DNA of 63,818 nt, counting the filler, from Octopus bimaculoides (taxonomy: Eukaryota): assembly GCF_001194135.2 (NCBI RefSeq). It is 9 parts of 9 records of this genome, joined end to end, with 100 filler letters (N's around TTAATTAATTAA, not from the genome) between each part and the next. Parts side by side here need not be neighbours in the genome. Positions count along the whole stretch, not along the records: positions 22,075 to 33,591 come from NC_068985.1; positions 33,692 to 49,500 come from NC_068982.1; 7 more parts are not named here. One strand, written 5' to 3'. Positions 24,930 through 37,561 of this stretch are shown piece by piece. A program made the position numbers and the translations under genes. Numbering within the stretch: the first letter of the stretch is position 1; each line of letters opens with the position of its first letter. The notes below the pieces were generated by a model, which was not told the DNA's origin, did not search any database, and was given only the letters and a program-made list of their open reading frames with translations.

Positions 24930-25900
24930 TGTTGATAATAATGTAACTGTAAACACTACCTCAGTAATGATGTTAGGAGAGAAAACATTGAGAGAGTTGA
25001 CACCGATATCTGTAACAGAAATGTTGACATTACCTTCTGCAATGGTGAAGTGACACTAACATCTGTAATTGTGATGCTGACATTAACATCTGTAAAAGAA
25101 ACATTAACACTAAGAACTGTGACAGATATTTTGGTATTAACAACTGTAAGAGAAACAACGATACTAGCGTTGTGATAGAGAGATATATATTGTTATCGAT
25201 ATTCATTAAAGAAATATTGATCCTAACCACTGTGATATATACTGGTCGAGATTGATACTAACGTTCAGAGTAGTCTATTGTTTTCTACTTCCTGAAGTTT
25301 TGGGGGACGGGGCCAGTCGATTAAATCGACTCAGTACTCAACTGGTACTTATTTTAGCGACTCCAAAAGGATGAAAGGCAAAGTCGACCTCGGCGGAATT
25401 TGAACTCTATAAGGCGTGCTAACGTTTCTGACAGCTTGCCGCCTCCGTTGATAAAGGTATATATTATCGCTATAATCGTCTGTGAAGGAAACATTGATAT
25501 TAAGTAGTGTCACAGACGTTTTGATACGAACGTATGTAAAATAAGCTTTGTTATTAGCGTCGGAATGGATATTTGGATACTAATATCTGTGAAAGAAATT
25601 TCGCTACTGGCGTTGTGACAAATAGTTTCATAATAACAACTGTTAGAGAAACATTAATATAAGCATAATGAAATATATTGAAACTATTATCCGTTATTGA
25701 AGCATTGATACTAAGCAATGTGACAGATATTTTTTATACTGACATCTGAAACAGAAGTACCGACAGTAGTATTATGACATATTTTGATATTAACACTCGT
25801 AAGAAAATCTTTAATGCAAGCGTTGTGAAAGGTCTATTGGTATTAATATCCGTTAAAAAGATATGGATATTAACCGTTGTGATATATATGATATTGAATC
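24930..25900. repeat. Highly degenerate 27-bp-period tandem repeat (consensus about ACATCTGTAACAGAAATATTGACACTA), interrupted by a SINE at 25275-25445; outlier at 26372-26445
   Basis: ACATCTGTAA / ACTGTGACAGATATTTT motifs recur at 27-nt spacing. Confidence 0.7.
25275..25445 (-). mobile_element. SINE family A, internally deleted
   Basis: GATGAAAGGCAAAGTCGACCTCGGCGGAATTTGAACTC core. Confidence 0.85.
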
Positions 25901-26642
25901 ACTAATATAGTGGTATACATTGATAGTATCATGTGCAAAGAAAATAACATTGGTTGTCAGAACTGGTAACTACAAAATCATCAAAAAAAAAAATGCCTTG
26001 AGACATTTGTTCAGCAGTTTTGCGTTCGAAATCAAATCCTGCTGCTGTAAACGTTGTCTTATATTTTTCTGGTGTCGAAAGAACAAAATAAAATTCTACA
26101 TTGCATTTGTTAGAACCTTGGGAAAATAGTCTGTTGTATTTATTTTGTTACTTTACGATTTTAGCATCCAAGGTGGAGCGGTGAACAGGCCAGCGTCTTG
26201 CAGATATGATAGCCATTTGTAAAGATTATCCAAAGTAATGGATAGGAAAGCTCTCCCTTATGAAAAGTCAATATCAAGGGCTATGTTCCTATTAAGGAAG
26301 CGACCAAATAGATGATAGCGTAGGACGGAAAGAAAAAGAAAGCGAACACTAAGAACGTTGAATATTTATTGACGTTAACATCTGTAAAAGAAACATCGAC
26401 ACTAAAAGCTGTGTCAGATATTTTCATGCTCACATCTGTAAAACGTAAGTGAAAACATAGAGGAAACATCTATAACTACACAAAATATTTGGAATAATTA
26501 TTGTGGTAAACATCTTGTTTCAAAAAAAAAAAAAAATTAATACAGTCTTGCTTTAAAGAAGAAAATGAAATATAACAACTCAATACGATCTGGATTTCAA
26601 AAGTAGGCAAAATATCAGAAGTCATTTCCTTGTCGTTGAGTT

Positions 26643-26913
26643 CTAGATTAGGTCTACGAACTAGATTAGGTCTAAGATTTCGTATAACCTAGATTAGGTA
26701 TAAGGCTTAGTATGAACTAGATTAGGTCTGAGGCTTAGTATGAACTAGATTAAGTCTAAGATTTAGTATTAACTAGATTAGGTCTGAGACTTAGTATTAA
26801 CTAGATTAGGTCTGAGACTTAGCATGAACTAAACTAGGTCTAAGTCTTAGTATGAACTAAATTAGGTCTGAGAATTAGTATGAACTAGATTAGGTCTAAG
26901 ACTTAGTATGAAC
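26643..26913. repeat. 28-bp tandem minisatellite TAGATTAGGTCTAAGACTTAGTATGAAC, about 9.5 copies
   Basis: Head-to-tail units with no spacers. Confidence 0.95.
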
Positions 26914-27309
26914 ACTATAATAAAACTGGACTTTATTCCTGACCGATTTATCCAGGATCACATTGTTTAATGCGATACATATTTTTCTTTCTTGGAAGAG
27001 CGAATTTTTCATACTATTCATAACCTGCTTCACTAAACAAATGTTTATATATTTCACTTGTTCCAGTCATTAGATTACTGCCATGCTAGAGCACAGCCTT
27101 AAAGTATTTTCGTTGAACGAATCGTTACAAAACTTATTTATTTGTAAGACAGTTGATTATTCTGTCAATCAATTATGCCGAACCACTAATTTAAGGGGAC
27201 TTAAACACACCATCGCTGGTTCTCAAGCGGTATTATTGGCTAATTCATGACACAGCTGTTTATATGGAAATAATATGTTATATGGAACATTTCTTGTATA
27301 AGCAAAAAA

Positions 27310-27752
27310 CCTGGCATTTTCGGAGATGGGGTTAGTCGATTATAACGAACCCAGTCCTCAACTAATACTTATTTTCTCGACCCCAAACGGACGAAAGGAA
27401 AAATCGACCTCGGATAAATTTGAACACTGGGTGCAAAGACAGAGGAAATACAAATAAGCATTTTTCCCAGTTTGCGAACGAACCTGCCCGCTTGCCATCT
27501 TAATAGAATACAATGATGTATATTTATAGATACATAAATATACTTTTCTAATCTAGGCACAAGACCCGACATTTTTGGGGGGAGGGGGCCAGTCGATTAG
27601 ATCGACACCAGTACGCAACTGGTACTTAATTTATCGACCCCGATGGAATGCAAAGCAAAGTCGACCTCTACGAAATTTGAACTCAGAACGTAAAGACAAA
27701 CGAAATACCGCTAAGCATTTCGCCCGGCGTGCTAACGATTCTGCCAACTCGC
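27310..27752 (-). mobile_element. Two tandem SINE family A copies
   Basis: Family A motifs in reverse complement. Confidence 0.85.
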
Positions 27753-27842
27753 TCCCTTATAGGTACAGATATATATCTGTACAATAAGCACGCATTAATA
27801 CATGCATGGATGTGCGTATGTATGCGTGCATGCATGCATATG

Positions 27843-27878
<36 letters not shown>

Positions 27879-27890
27879 NNNNNNNNNNTG

Positions 27891-27946
<56 letters not shown>

Positions 27947-28432
27947 GGTAGAGCTGTATCAAGCTGTATCAACATATTATATAAAACATACATATCCACA
28001 CACACAAAACATATATGTTTATATATGTGTATATATGTTAATGCGTGTATACACATGCAGCTGTGTCAACATTACGTTATTTAAAACATATCAAACCAAC
28101 TGAATAAAGAAACGAAGAGGACGATTATATGATATAATCAAGAACATCAGAATTTAATATTTCCATAAATGACCGAGAACGTCGTTAATTAATTTCGTAA
28201 TGGTTAACAGAATCATTAGTGGATACGAGAGTTTGACATAGTTTTTAGTCTCTATCTTTATGTCATTAACTATGCATATCCGCACCGCACATGTGTACCT
28301 ACATACACACTCACGCACACTCCTCACACAGACACACACATATACGCATGTATAAGTTTTATAATACATTCATATATACATACACACATACGTATATACT
28401 CACGTACATATGTATGCCTGTATTTTATAATA

Positions 28433-28464
<32 letters not shown>

Positions 28465-28704
28465 CATGTATATATTGTTTTCTACCCTAGGCACAAGGCC
28501 TGAAACTTTTGTGGAGAGGGGACAGTAGATTAGACCAACCCAGTACACAGCTGGTACTTAATTTATTGATCCCGAAAGTATGAAAGGCAAAGCTTACCTC
28601 GGTGGAATTTGAACTCAGACCGTATATATTGATTGACAGACAGATAAAGGGAGAGAGGGAGATATGTGTATGTGTGTGCATGCGTGTGCGCGCACGTGTT
28701 TGTG

Positions 28705-28751
<47 letters not shown>

Positions 28752-29079
28752 ATGCCTACTATTTACTGATGCCTTGTCTAGAAGGTGGTGTTTAGCTCGC
28801 AAGATCGCNNNNNNNNNNNNNNNNNNNNNNNNNNNNNNNNNNNNNNNNNNNNNNNNNNNNNNNNNNNNNNNNNNNNNNNNNNNNNNNNNNNNNNNNNNNN
28901 NNNNNNNNNNNNNNNNNNNNNNNNNNNNNNNNNNNNNNNNNNNNNNNNNNNNNNNNNNNNNNNNNNNNNNNNNNNNNNNNNNNNNNNNNNNNNNNNNNNN
29001 NNNNNNNNNNNNNNNNNNNNNNNNNNNNNNNNNNNNNNNNNNNNNNNNNNNNNNNNNNNNNNNNNNNNNNNNNNNNNNN

Positions 29080-29137
<58 letters not shown>

Positions 29138-30269
29138 GCACACACATATAGAGTGAGCAAGAGAGTGATTTTGATGTGTAGTGATATAGATGTTCAAATT
29201 ATATATTTTACTTTTTGTGTATTTGTATATTTGTGCGTAGAAGTTTTCATGTACGGATGCGTGTGCATGGGCATACAAAGTTTACATTTTCAACTTGCTT
29301 TGCTCTGATGGAGGATATTCTAGTTCTAAATGGAGCTACAAAACATTGCTTCTGGATATAGAATATTTTATACGTATAACATATAGTATCATGTAATAAT
29401 GCAAATACATGGAGATTTCTAGAAAATTAATATCGATTCGTTTTAAAAGTGATATGAAAGTTAGTATGCTAAAAAAGTCATTTAAAAATTGTCTTCAATT
29501 AAAAGTCTTAACATGCAAGATATTTCTAAATTGCAATATCAACAGCTTTAAAAATATCTCCAACATTTTTTTATTTTGTTAATTAACTGTCGACACATAA
29601 ATACGTTGTTCTCGGTTATACCAGCATTATTCGGATTAAACAACCTATTTATAAAGAAATAAAATGAACAAACACATGATTTCGTATTTATTGCTAATCA
29701 AAAGAAACTACAGCAAAAACAACAGCATATGATTCTAGAAGAGATATATCACTATCGGTGTCATAAAAAATAGATACTTTTCCCTATATATGGTTTTGAT
29801 GAAGCCCATGCAATTAATAAACCGTAAATCACTGCAAGAATTTAGAAATGATTTGTTACTATGGTAAATAAACAGAATAAATATCGTTAAATATGTTGTG
29901 TTGTTCAGCGCTGCACTACATATCACGTATGTATTTCATTAACGTGTTGTTAGCAAGTACACTTTGGTATATGTGGAAACAATTGTTGAGGATATAAAAA
30001 AATACATTATGGACAAAATCATGGTTTTACTTTAAGAGAGTATTTGAGAAAGTAAATACGGTACAATTTTGCTTATAATTAGAGAATACAATTAAAATTG
30101 CACAAGGAAAAAATCTGGTTCTTATTTGTATGGTCTAAATATTTCTTAAATATGAAATATTTGTTGGATACAAAATAAACTGAAATATTTTTCAATTCAG
30201 AGAATTTGATGTCAAGTACATAAAAAAAAAAATGAGTGCAAATTAATGTCCCAGTAGAAGGAAATACAT

Positions 30270-30470
30270 GCCAACATAGGGAGAATTCACAAAAGACAAC
30301 AACAGACAAAGACAGGTGGTGTATAAAACAAATAGATGTATTAGTATAACGCTCGGGAATTGAAGAAGTCTTTAACGTTTCGAGCCTACGCTCTTCCACA
30401 GAAAGGAACACAGAAAGAAACAAGGAGAGACAAAATGCGTGTAGTGGTTAGCGATCTATCATGGCGACGC
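30270..30470 (-). mobile_element. Penelope-like terminal fragment with a variant hammerhead (30370-30405)
   Basis: CTTT-CTGTGGA-A-GAGC GTAG GCTC-GAAAC-GTT-AAAG. A homologous fragment lies at 39005-39190. Confidence 0.6.
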
Positions 30471-31099
30471 ACACACACACATAAAAATATAAATTGTATT
30501 TGCCTGTTGCAACAAGCTCAGTAGTTATCAGGGCGAGGTACGATATTTATGGATTTACCTTGTTTTAGTTAAGAAGCTAAACACCTCACCTGCCTTGGGC
30601 AGAATGGTTTCTCTAAAAGTTCCTTTAAACCGAAGATAATTTTATGGTATACTAATTAACCCATGTCGTGGGCCCTGACAACTGCTACCACAATGGGTCA
30701 GAGAACCATGGGAACAGTCGTTTCACATGTCTCAAAATCCCAAGACTCCCAAAACCAGGGCCCCACAATTGGATGCTGATCAATTTCATGCTCCTTTTTA
30801 AAGACCAGCGAGTGGGATTGGCTCTGCAGAACCCATGCAGGTTATTCAACAAACCGGGTACCAACACCAACATCAAAACCATCAGGCTTTCGTAATAAAT
30901 CTAGTGGCGATAGGAAAAGAGGTTTCAGGGACAAGTAGAGGATGCTGCTGGAAATGTTCAGCATCGAATCAGCGCACAAGTGAGCCTAGGGTGATGGTCC
31001 TCATTAAACTGTGCCTGTCTGAGCCCTAATTCATCTAATTGACAATCCCCCCATGTGTGTGTGTGTGTATGTGTTTGTTTGCATGCATATATACATACT

Positions 31100-31375
31100 A
31101 ATACTCACACATATATGTAGGTAAAAAGCTCTTACCTCTCCAGTCATGTCGACCCATAAGGGCCGGTTTCCCAGTTACCATGACGTGTAAATTTCCCACC
31201 TGGACAGGACCCCGGTCTGTCACAAGATTACTCATTTTTGCCAGCTCAGGGGACTGGAAGAACATGATGTGAAATGTTTTGCTCAAAAACACAACGCGCC
31301 GCCCGGTTCAGGAATCAAAACCACAATCTTACGATCGTGAGTCCAACACCTTTAACCACTAAGCCACGCGTCCCC
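31100..31375 (-). mobile_element. tRNA-derived SINE (family C)
   Basis: Head GTGGCTTAGTGGTTAA...GTGGTTTTGATTCC, followed by a TTGTGTTTTTGAGCAAAACA box. Confidence 0.7.
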
Positions 31376-31710
31376 TCGCGTTTATATGTTGATATGTGTG
31401 TATACGTGTTTAATATAATTTCAATAGAGTTATTGTGGTACGGTAATTAAATCTAATCTTCAAAGCAGGCGATAAACGAGGAACACTACGAGATTCTATG
31501 TCCTGGGTTTGTAAGTTACTCTAATAATTAAATGAGCCATTGCCGTTAGTGCAAACGTACAGCTGCTGTTAATGAAAATAAACTATCCGTTCATTTTTAT
31601 TTTATTGAGAAGGTGAATATTATAGGATAATATTGATTGGTGAAAGTGTAGTAATTCACTTGACAGGATTTGAGAAGTGTACTTGTTAAATTATGACCTA
31701 TTTGGAAATA

Positions 31711-31990
31711 TACGAGGGGTGCTGAACACTTCCTGGCTTTGGGTAAAAAAAAAAAAATACAGGAGGATCAGTTAATCATGATTTTATTCAATATATTCCC
31801 CTCTCAGATTACACACACTTATTGCAGCGGTCCTTCAAGTCTTTTTTTTTGAGCACTGTAAATGAGTTCGGAACGTTGGACTTCCAGTCAAGCCTTTCGC
31901 GATACCCCTTAAAACCTGCAATTTTACAGCACCCACCCCCGCACTTGACCTGAATTAAAGAGTCTATAAGGAGTAAGTATTTGAGAGTGT
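31711..31990 (+). mobile_element. Mariner-like terminal fragment
   Basis: TA-CGAGGGGTGCTGAA...TTCCTGGCTTT resembles a mariner TIR start after a TA dinucleotide. Confidence 0.5.
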
Positions 31991-33557
31991 TAATAAATAG
32001 GAGGGGTAAGAACAATTTTAAATTATTCTAAAGTCTCCAGTTGACAAGAGTTTATTGTAATTGGAAGTTTTCGTGGAAGACAGTACATTCTCTTTTCGGT
32101 TAATATCTAGTTTAATTACCGGCCACTAAAACCAAAACAAGTGAGTCTAACAGGTGTGAAAAATGTGTACTAAATGAACTTGAAAACCAAAATTTGTGCA
32201 AACGAAACGGGGGACGGGGAGAGTCATTTAAAGGAGATTAGGCCGTCGTTTCTAGCACATCCCAAGACAACCCACTTCGTTTCTTTCTCACTCTCGCATA
32301 TATTGATGTTTTTCAATATTTTTTTTGCTCCCCATAAACATACTTATGCTATAAAAAAATAAATTGAAAATTTATTTTTTCAACCCCACTGATTATTTCT
32401 GATTATAATTTTAAATATTGGAGAACCTGAGGTCATTTCCGGCATTTAACCACAGAGATTGAAAAAAAGATTGTTATGCAAAATATAATTCATTTTAATA
32501 GCATACCTTTCTGTTAGAAAATGTTCTTTTTCTTACACACATACGCTAAATTAAGGTAGGGGTGAAAATTTGAATTACCATTTTTCTGTTGATCCTTATA
32601 TCCCACCAATGGAGCATACGTGTGGTTCTTCGGTATCATCATTAAGCGGGAAGGGGAGTAAAACAAAAACCTTAAAAGGCTGTGATGAAAAACGGAGAAA
32701 TTTCGACTTATACGGTCTCCTTGATCCGAAACTCCGTTCTTTTCCGATCTTTTCTTTCTTTAACCCGCTTTACTCTTAAAATATGCGGGAATCGAATTTA
32801 TAATTAAAATATACGGAGATCAAATGTAAATTATAATTACGATTAAAAAGCAATACGTCATATTTTCTGTTCCGGTTTCTAAATGTGCATATTTGTTGAT
32901 AAAATAGTGTTTTAAAGGAAGTGACAGTTAAACTTATGTAACTAATCGTAGCTGATATGATACTGACTGAGTTTTTTTTCCTCTCCATGTTCATAGATCG
33001 CTATATCTAAAAGTAGAGGAATATCGGTCTCTGATATTCCGTTATCGAAACGCTTGCGGTATTCAATGTTTCCATGGAAATGTTTCTAGTAATATTTTTC
33101 TTATATAGAAGTACGAATGTTGATACGTATAACTTGAGTGCCGATCATTTCCTGTAGAAGCGTGTTTCTACCTTACACAAGCTTCAGTTTGTATGATGGT
33201 TATACTGCATTTCTCCTGTGTTGTTGCCTCAGCTAAGCCTTTCAGTATAATTGGGTGGACGTTATGTTGAAAACCTTATGTATTTCATGATAAAATGGAA
33301 AAATGACATGAGTACATTTGAAAGTAAGTTCCAATTAATGCAATTAGGTAATTCGTGAATGTATTAAAATGTATAACGTTTGTTATATGTATGTGAGTGC
33401 ACACACACTCACACACACACACACGCACACACACACACACACGCACACACACATACGCGCATAGAATCATGACAGGGAAAGTATTTGCAGGTGCTCGTGT
33501 TACATACTTTAATTAACGTTCGTTTTTTTTACATATACATATAAGAATACACACACA

Positions 33558-33591
<34 letters not shown>

Positions 33592-34719
33592 NNNNNNNNN
33601 NNNNNNNNNNNNNNNNNNNNNNNNNNNNNNNNNNNTTAATTAATTAANNNNNNNNNNNNNNNNNNNNNNNNNNNNNNNNNNNNNNNNNNNNTATGATATT
33701 TACTTTACTTTATATTATACTCATTTATTGTGCTTTTAATTATTAATTTCTCTATATGTGATAGTGGATTTTCATCGATGAGTTCTTGAAAATTGGTTAT
33801 TTTCCCTAAAACTATATATATTTTATATATACTTTATCTATAAGGCTCAATTTAATTTTAATTTTTTATAAATTGATTTTAATTGAGTTTTTTACCTGTA
33901 ATTTTGGATTTTGTCCCTAATAATATTATTATATATATATATATATATATATACAGAACAGGTTTCTTTCAGTTTCCATCGATCAAATACACTTACAAGT
34001 CTGGTTGACTCGAGGCTATAGTAGAAGACACTTACCCAAGGTGCCACGCGGTGAGACTGAACCCCGGAAACGATGAGGTCTACCTACCACACAGCCACAT
34101 TGTTCCCTCATATATAAATTTCAGACAGTGAAACGGAAAGTCATGACGTTAATAATTTCGTCCAAGCGCAGACACAGCACATAAAAATGACTTGGTCACA
34201 ATCATATTCCCCTGTGCAGAATAATGAGGTCAATTTAATAATCCTGTCAACGCATCACTCTATTTTATAAAATTTTTACTGTCTTCAATCATAGCCTGGT
34301 TTATCAGTAGCTGCTCTTTACAACCATACGTTTCCTTCTCGCATTCTTTCTTCTCACATAATGAGACGATCAAGACCAGGTGACAGACTTAGCTAGTCTT
34401 GAATTACCCTCTAGTATGCGAAGTATCCTAATCTATCTTGTCAGTAATGCATTTTGAAGTCTATCTTTATTTAAAACGAAATTGTATATATAGAAAAGAA
34501 TTGTTACGAAAAATGGAGAGAAAATAGAAAGATAAGTGAAAAGATAGAGAAGCAGAAAGAATATGAGTCAAAATTTCTAGCTGCATTTTTGTAGTTAAAT
34601 TTACTAATGATCCTAAGCATGAGGATGGATAAAAAAGTGTTTAAAAAATATCCATTAAAAGTTTTATCAACTCTATGGATTTGTGGAGGAGAGTACAGGC
34701 GATAATACTGGTTTAAAGC

Positions 34720-34940
34720 TTTGGCACAAAGCCAGAAATTTCGGGGGATGGGGTAGTCAATTACTTTGACCCAGTGCTCCACTGGTACTTATTTTATCAA
34801 CTCCACCAAAAAAAAAAAAAAAAAAAAAAATGCATGAAAGGTAAAATCAGTCGTGGTAGAATTCGAACTCTGTTCGTAAAGACAGACAAAATGCAGCTAA
34901 GCATTTTGCTCGGAGTGCAGTCGATAATATTAACTTCACT
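34720..34940 (-). mobile_element. SINE family A copy
   Basis: Reverse-complement family A core with an internal poly-A expansion. Confidence 0.75.
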
Positions 34941-35411
34941 ATATGGCTGGTATTAAACATATCGACCTCAGAATGGCACTTCGACATAAAGATCTCTATT
35001 TAAATATACTGCAAAGCGTTGAAACGACATTTTAACGACACTGTAACGACCCTGTCAATCTAACGACCCATGTAAAGGATTACTTATAACATAACATAAA
35101 TAGCAAGTTGGAAAATCTATTGTCTTCACTAATCGTTTTCTTATCAAACTACAAAACCTCTTTAAAGAACTTATTTATACTTACCATGTGTTACTTTCAA
35201 TACGGATAGGACTTCAGCCACGAGAAACTATCATTTATCAAGCTGGAATTCAAGTTGTAAAGAAAATAACAATGGTAGTTTCTTTATTTTCTAATAAAAA
35301 TACTTTGCTTTTCGCGTAGTCTATGATAATTGAATGGGACTTGCTTAATCTTCTCTCAGCATAGGACGCGTTCTGTTTTTCTTTTGAAAGTTGTACTGAA
35401 GATTCAACTTC

Positions 35412-35448
<37 letters not shown>

Positions 35449-35462
35449 TATTATCATTATTA

Positions 35463-35506
<44 letters not shown>

Positions 35507-35508
<2 letters not shown>

Positions 35509-36012
35509 GGCGACGAGCAGGCGGAATCATTAGCACTTCATCCTTTCCGGGTCGATTAAACAAGTACCAGTTACGCACTGGGGTCGATATAATTGACTTA
35601 ATCTCTCCTTCCAAATTTCAGGCCTTATGTCTACAGTAGAAAGTATTATTATTATTATTACTTTTTATCAGAAGTTTTCTTGGAGTTCCTGGAGTCTTGC
35701 ATACGTATCGAGCTACTACCTGAAGCCTACGGTACTATGCTATCTGTTCTTTTCAGCTAATTTTTCATTTCTTTCCAATCCTGGAATCAAACGAACATTT
35801 TTAAGGCGGTGAGCTGTTTGAGTTGTTAGCATGCCGGGCAAAATGCTTAGCAGTATTTCGTCCGTCTTTTCGTTCTGAGATCAAATTCCCCGTGGTCGGC
35901 TTTGCCGTTCATCCCTTCGGAGCCGATAAATTAAGTACCAGTGAAACACTGCGTCAATGTAATCGACTAGTCTCCTCCACCCAAATTTCGGGCCTTGTGC
36001 CTTTAGTAGAAT
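35507..36012 (+). mobile_element. Two SINE family A copies (35507-35645 internally deleted; 35805-36012), each ending in (ATT)n
   Basis: Family A head and core; tails ...GTAGAAAGTATTATT and ...GTAGAATGGATTATT. Confidence 0.85.
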
Positions 36013-36014
36013 GG

Positions 36015-36077
<63 letters not shown>

Positions 36078-36719
36078 TTATTCTTTTTTTCTTTATCACA
36101 GGTTCTGTTGGAGCCCCTGGAATCTTACATGCGCAGTGGGCTTGCTACCTGAAGCCTACGGTATCATGCTATTCGTTCTTTTCAGCTATCTAATACTTTC
36201 CTGATTATTCTGGCCGTGCGAAGGAGGCAAACCTTTTGTAACAGTTCTACTGGGCACTCTATTCCAATTTCCCTCACAAATAGAAGAGCGGGCTTGTTCT
36301 GTCTACTAATACAGGCCGTTTGATTGGATTGGTAGTCTACATGCCTGGGGGCGGGTGGGAGGTAATTTTTGAGAGGAGCATCGACACATGGAATATAGCG
36401 TAGCTAAGATAAATGAATCTATGTATAGATCATAACATTGTTGTTAAAAAAATCTATAAACATCTCATAGTTTTAGCAAACATTTAGACAATTTCACAGT
36501 TTGAATTAATAGAAAAAGGCTTACACATTTTGGGGGAGCTGTAAAATAGTCATCCTATCGTGTGAATGCTTATAGCAGCACTGAAGACTGAGTGGGAGAG
36601 GAGGGAGAGATAGATATAGAGATAGAGAGAGAGAGAGAGGTCGAAGAGGAAGCAGGTAAACTCTCTTCTTCTTCTTCTTCTTCTTCTTCTTCTTCTTCTT
36701 CTTCTTCTTCTTCTTCTTC

Positions 36720-36806
<87 letters not shown>

Positions 36807-37307
36807 GGTGCTTTCAAATTTGCTACTCCAGACTTGTGATTTCAACAGGTATAAGCAGCGTATAAATTGCTTTTTTTTTATGTCTTTTCACGCATGAACG
36901 TTTTATCGAAGTAGTTGGAAATGTATTGCGTTCTGAATATAACAATAGTTTCTCTTCTTTAAATCTATTTCTCTCAAATAATAAAACATTCATGTCAAAA
37001 ATGATTTGTACCGGATTAAACTCCCAAGCTGACATCGACTTATCGTTCATCAAAATCAAATGGGTCGTTCTACCTACTGTACGTTCTGTTCTTGTCGGGC
37101 CCCAAATCCAAATTCTGTGTATAAAATCACATCTTTATTGTTAAAGCATCAAATGTACAAAGTGCGGTAAGCAAATAAACTCTCATTTTAAAGTAAAATA
37201 TGTGAAGCGTTACATATCACTCCAAAAAATTGCAACTGACATTGAGTGCATAAAAAATAGATATCAGGTTGAGTAAGAAGTAAGCAACGTTTTGAACCAT
37301 GAAGAAT

Positions 37308-37435
37308 TTACATTATTTACATTATTTACATTTGACGGATATTTTTCTTCATCTTGTTTGATGTTAACACAACGTTTCGGCTGATATACCCTCCAGCCTT
37401 CATCAGGTGTCTTGGGGAAATTTCGAACCTAGGTT

Positions 37436-37479
<44 letters not shown>

Positions 37480-37561
37480 CTAGGCAGTGACCTGAATAGT
37501 AATGATAATATTAACATCGAAAAATACCTTAAGAATGAGAACCCAGGTTCGAAGTTTCCCC
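37308..37561. mobile_element. Inverted pair of fragments of the tRNA-headed hammerhead element
   Basis: 37308-37440 on the minus strand is the 3' part with the ribozyme and (AATGTAAAT)n tail. 37481-37561 on the plus strand is the body. They are separated by (TAT)n. Confidence 0.8.
37366..37411 (-). ncRNA. Type I minimal hammerhead ribozyme, intact core
   Basis: GACAC-CTGATGA-A-GGCTG GAGGGTATAT CAGCC-GAAAC-GTT-GTGTT. Stem I is GACAC/GTGTT, stem II is 5 bp, and ACGT forms a palindromic stem III. Confidence 0.75.

Noticed and set aside
26643-26913. CRISPR-like 28-bp repeats
   Set aside because: There are no spacers and no cas genes, and the context is eukaryotic.
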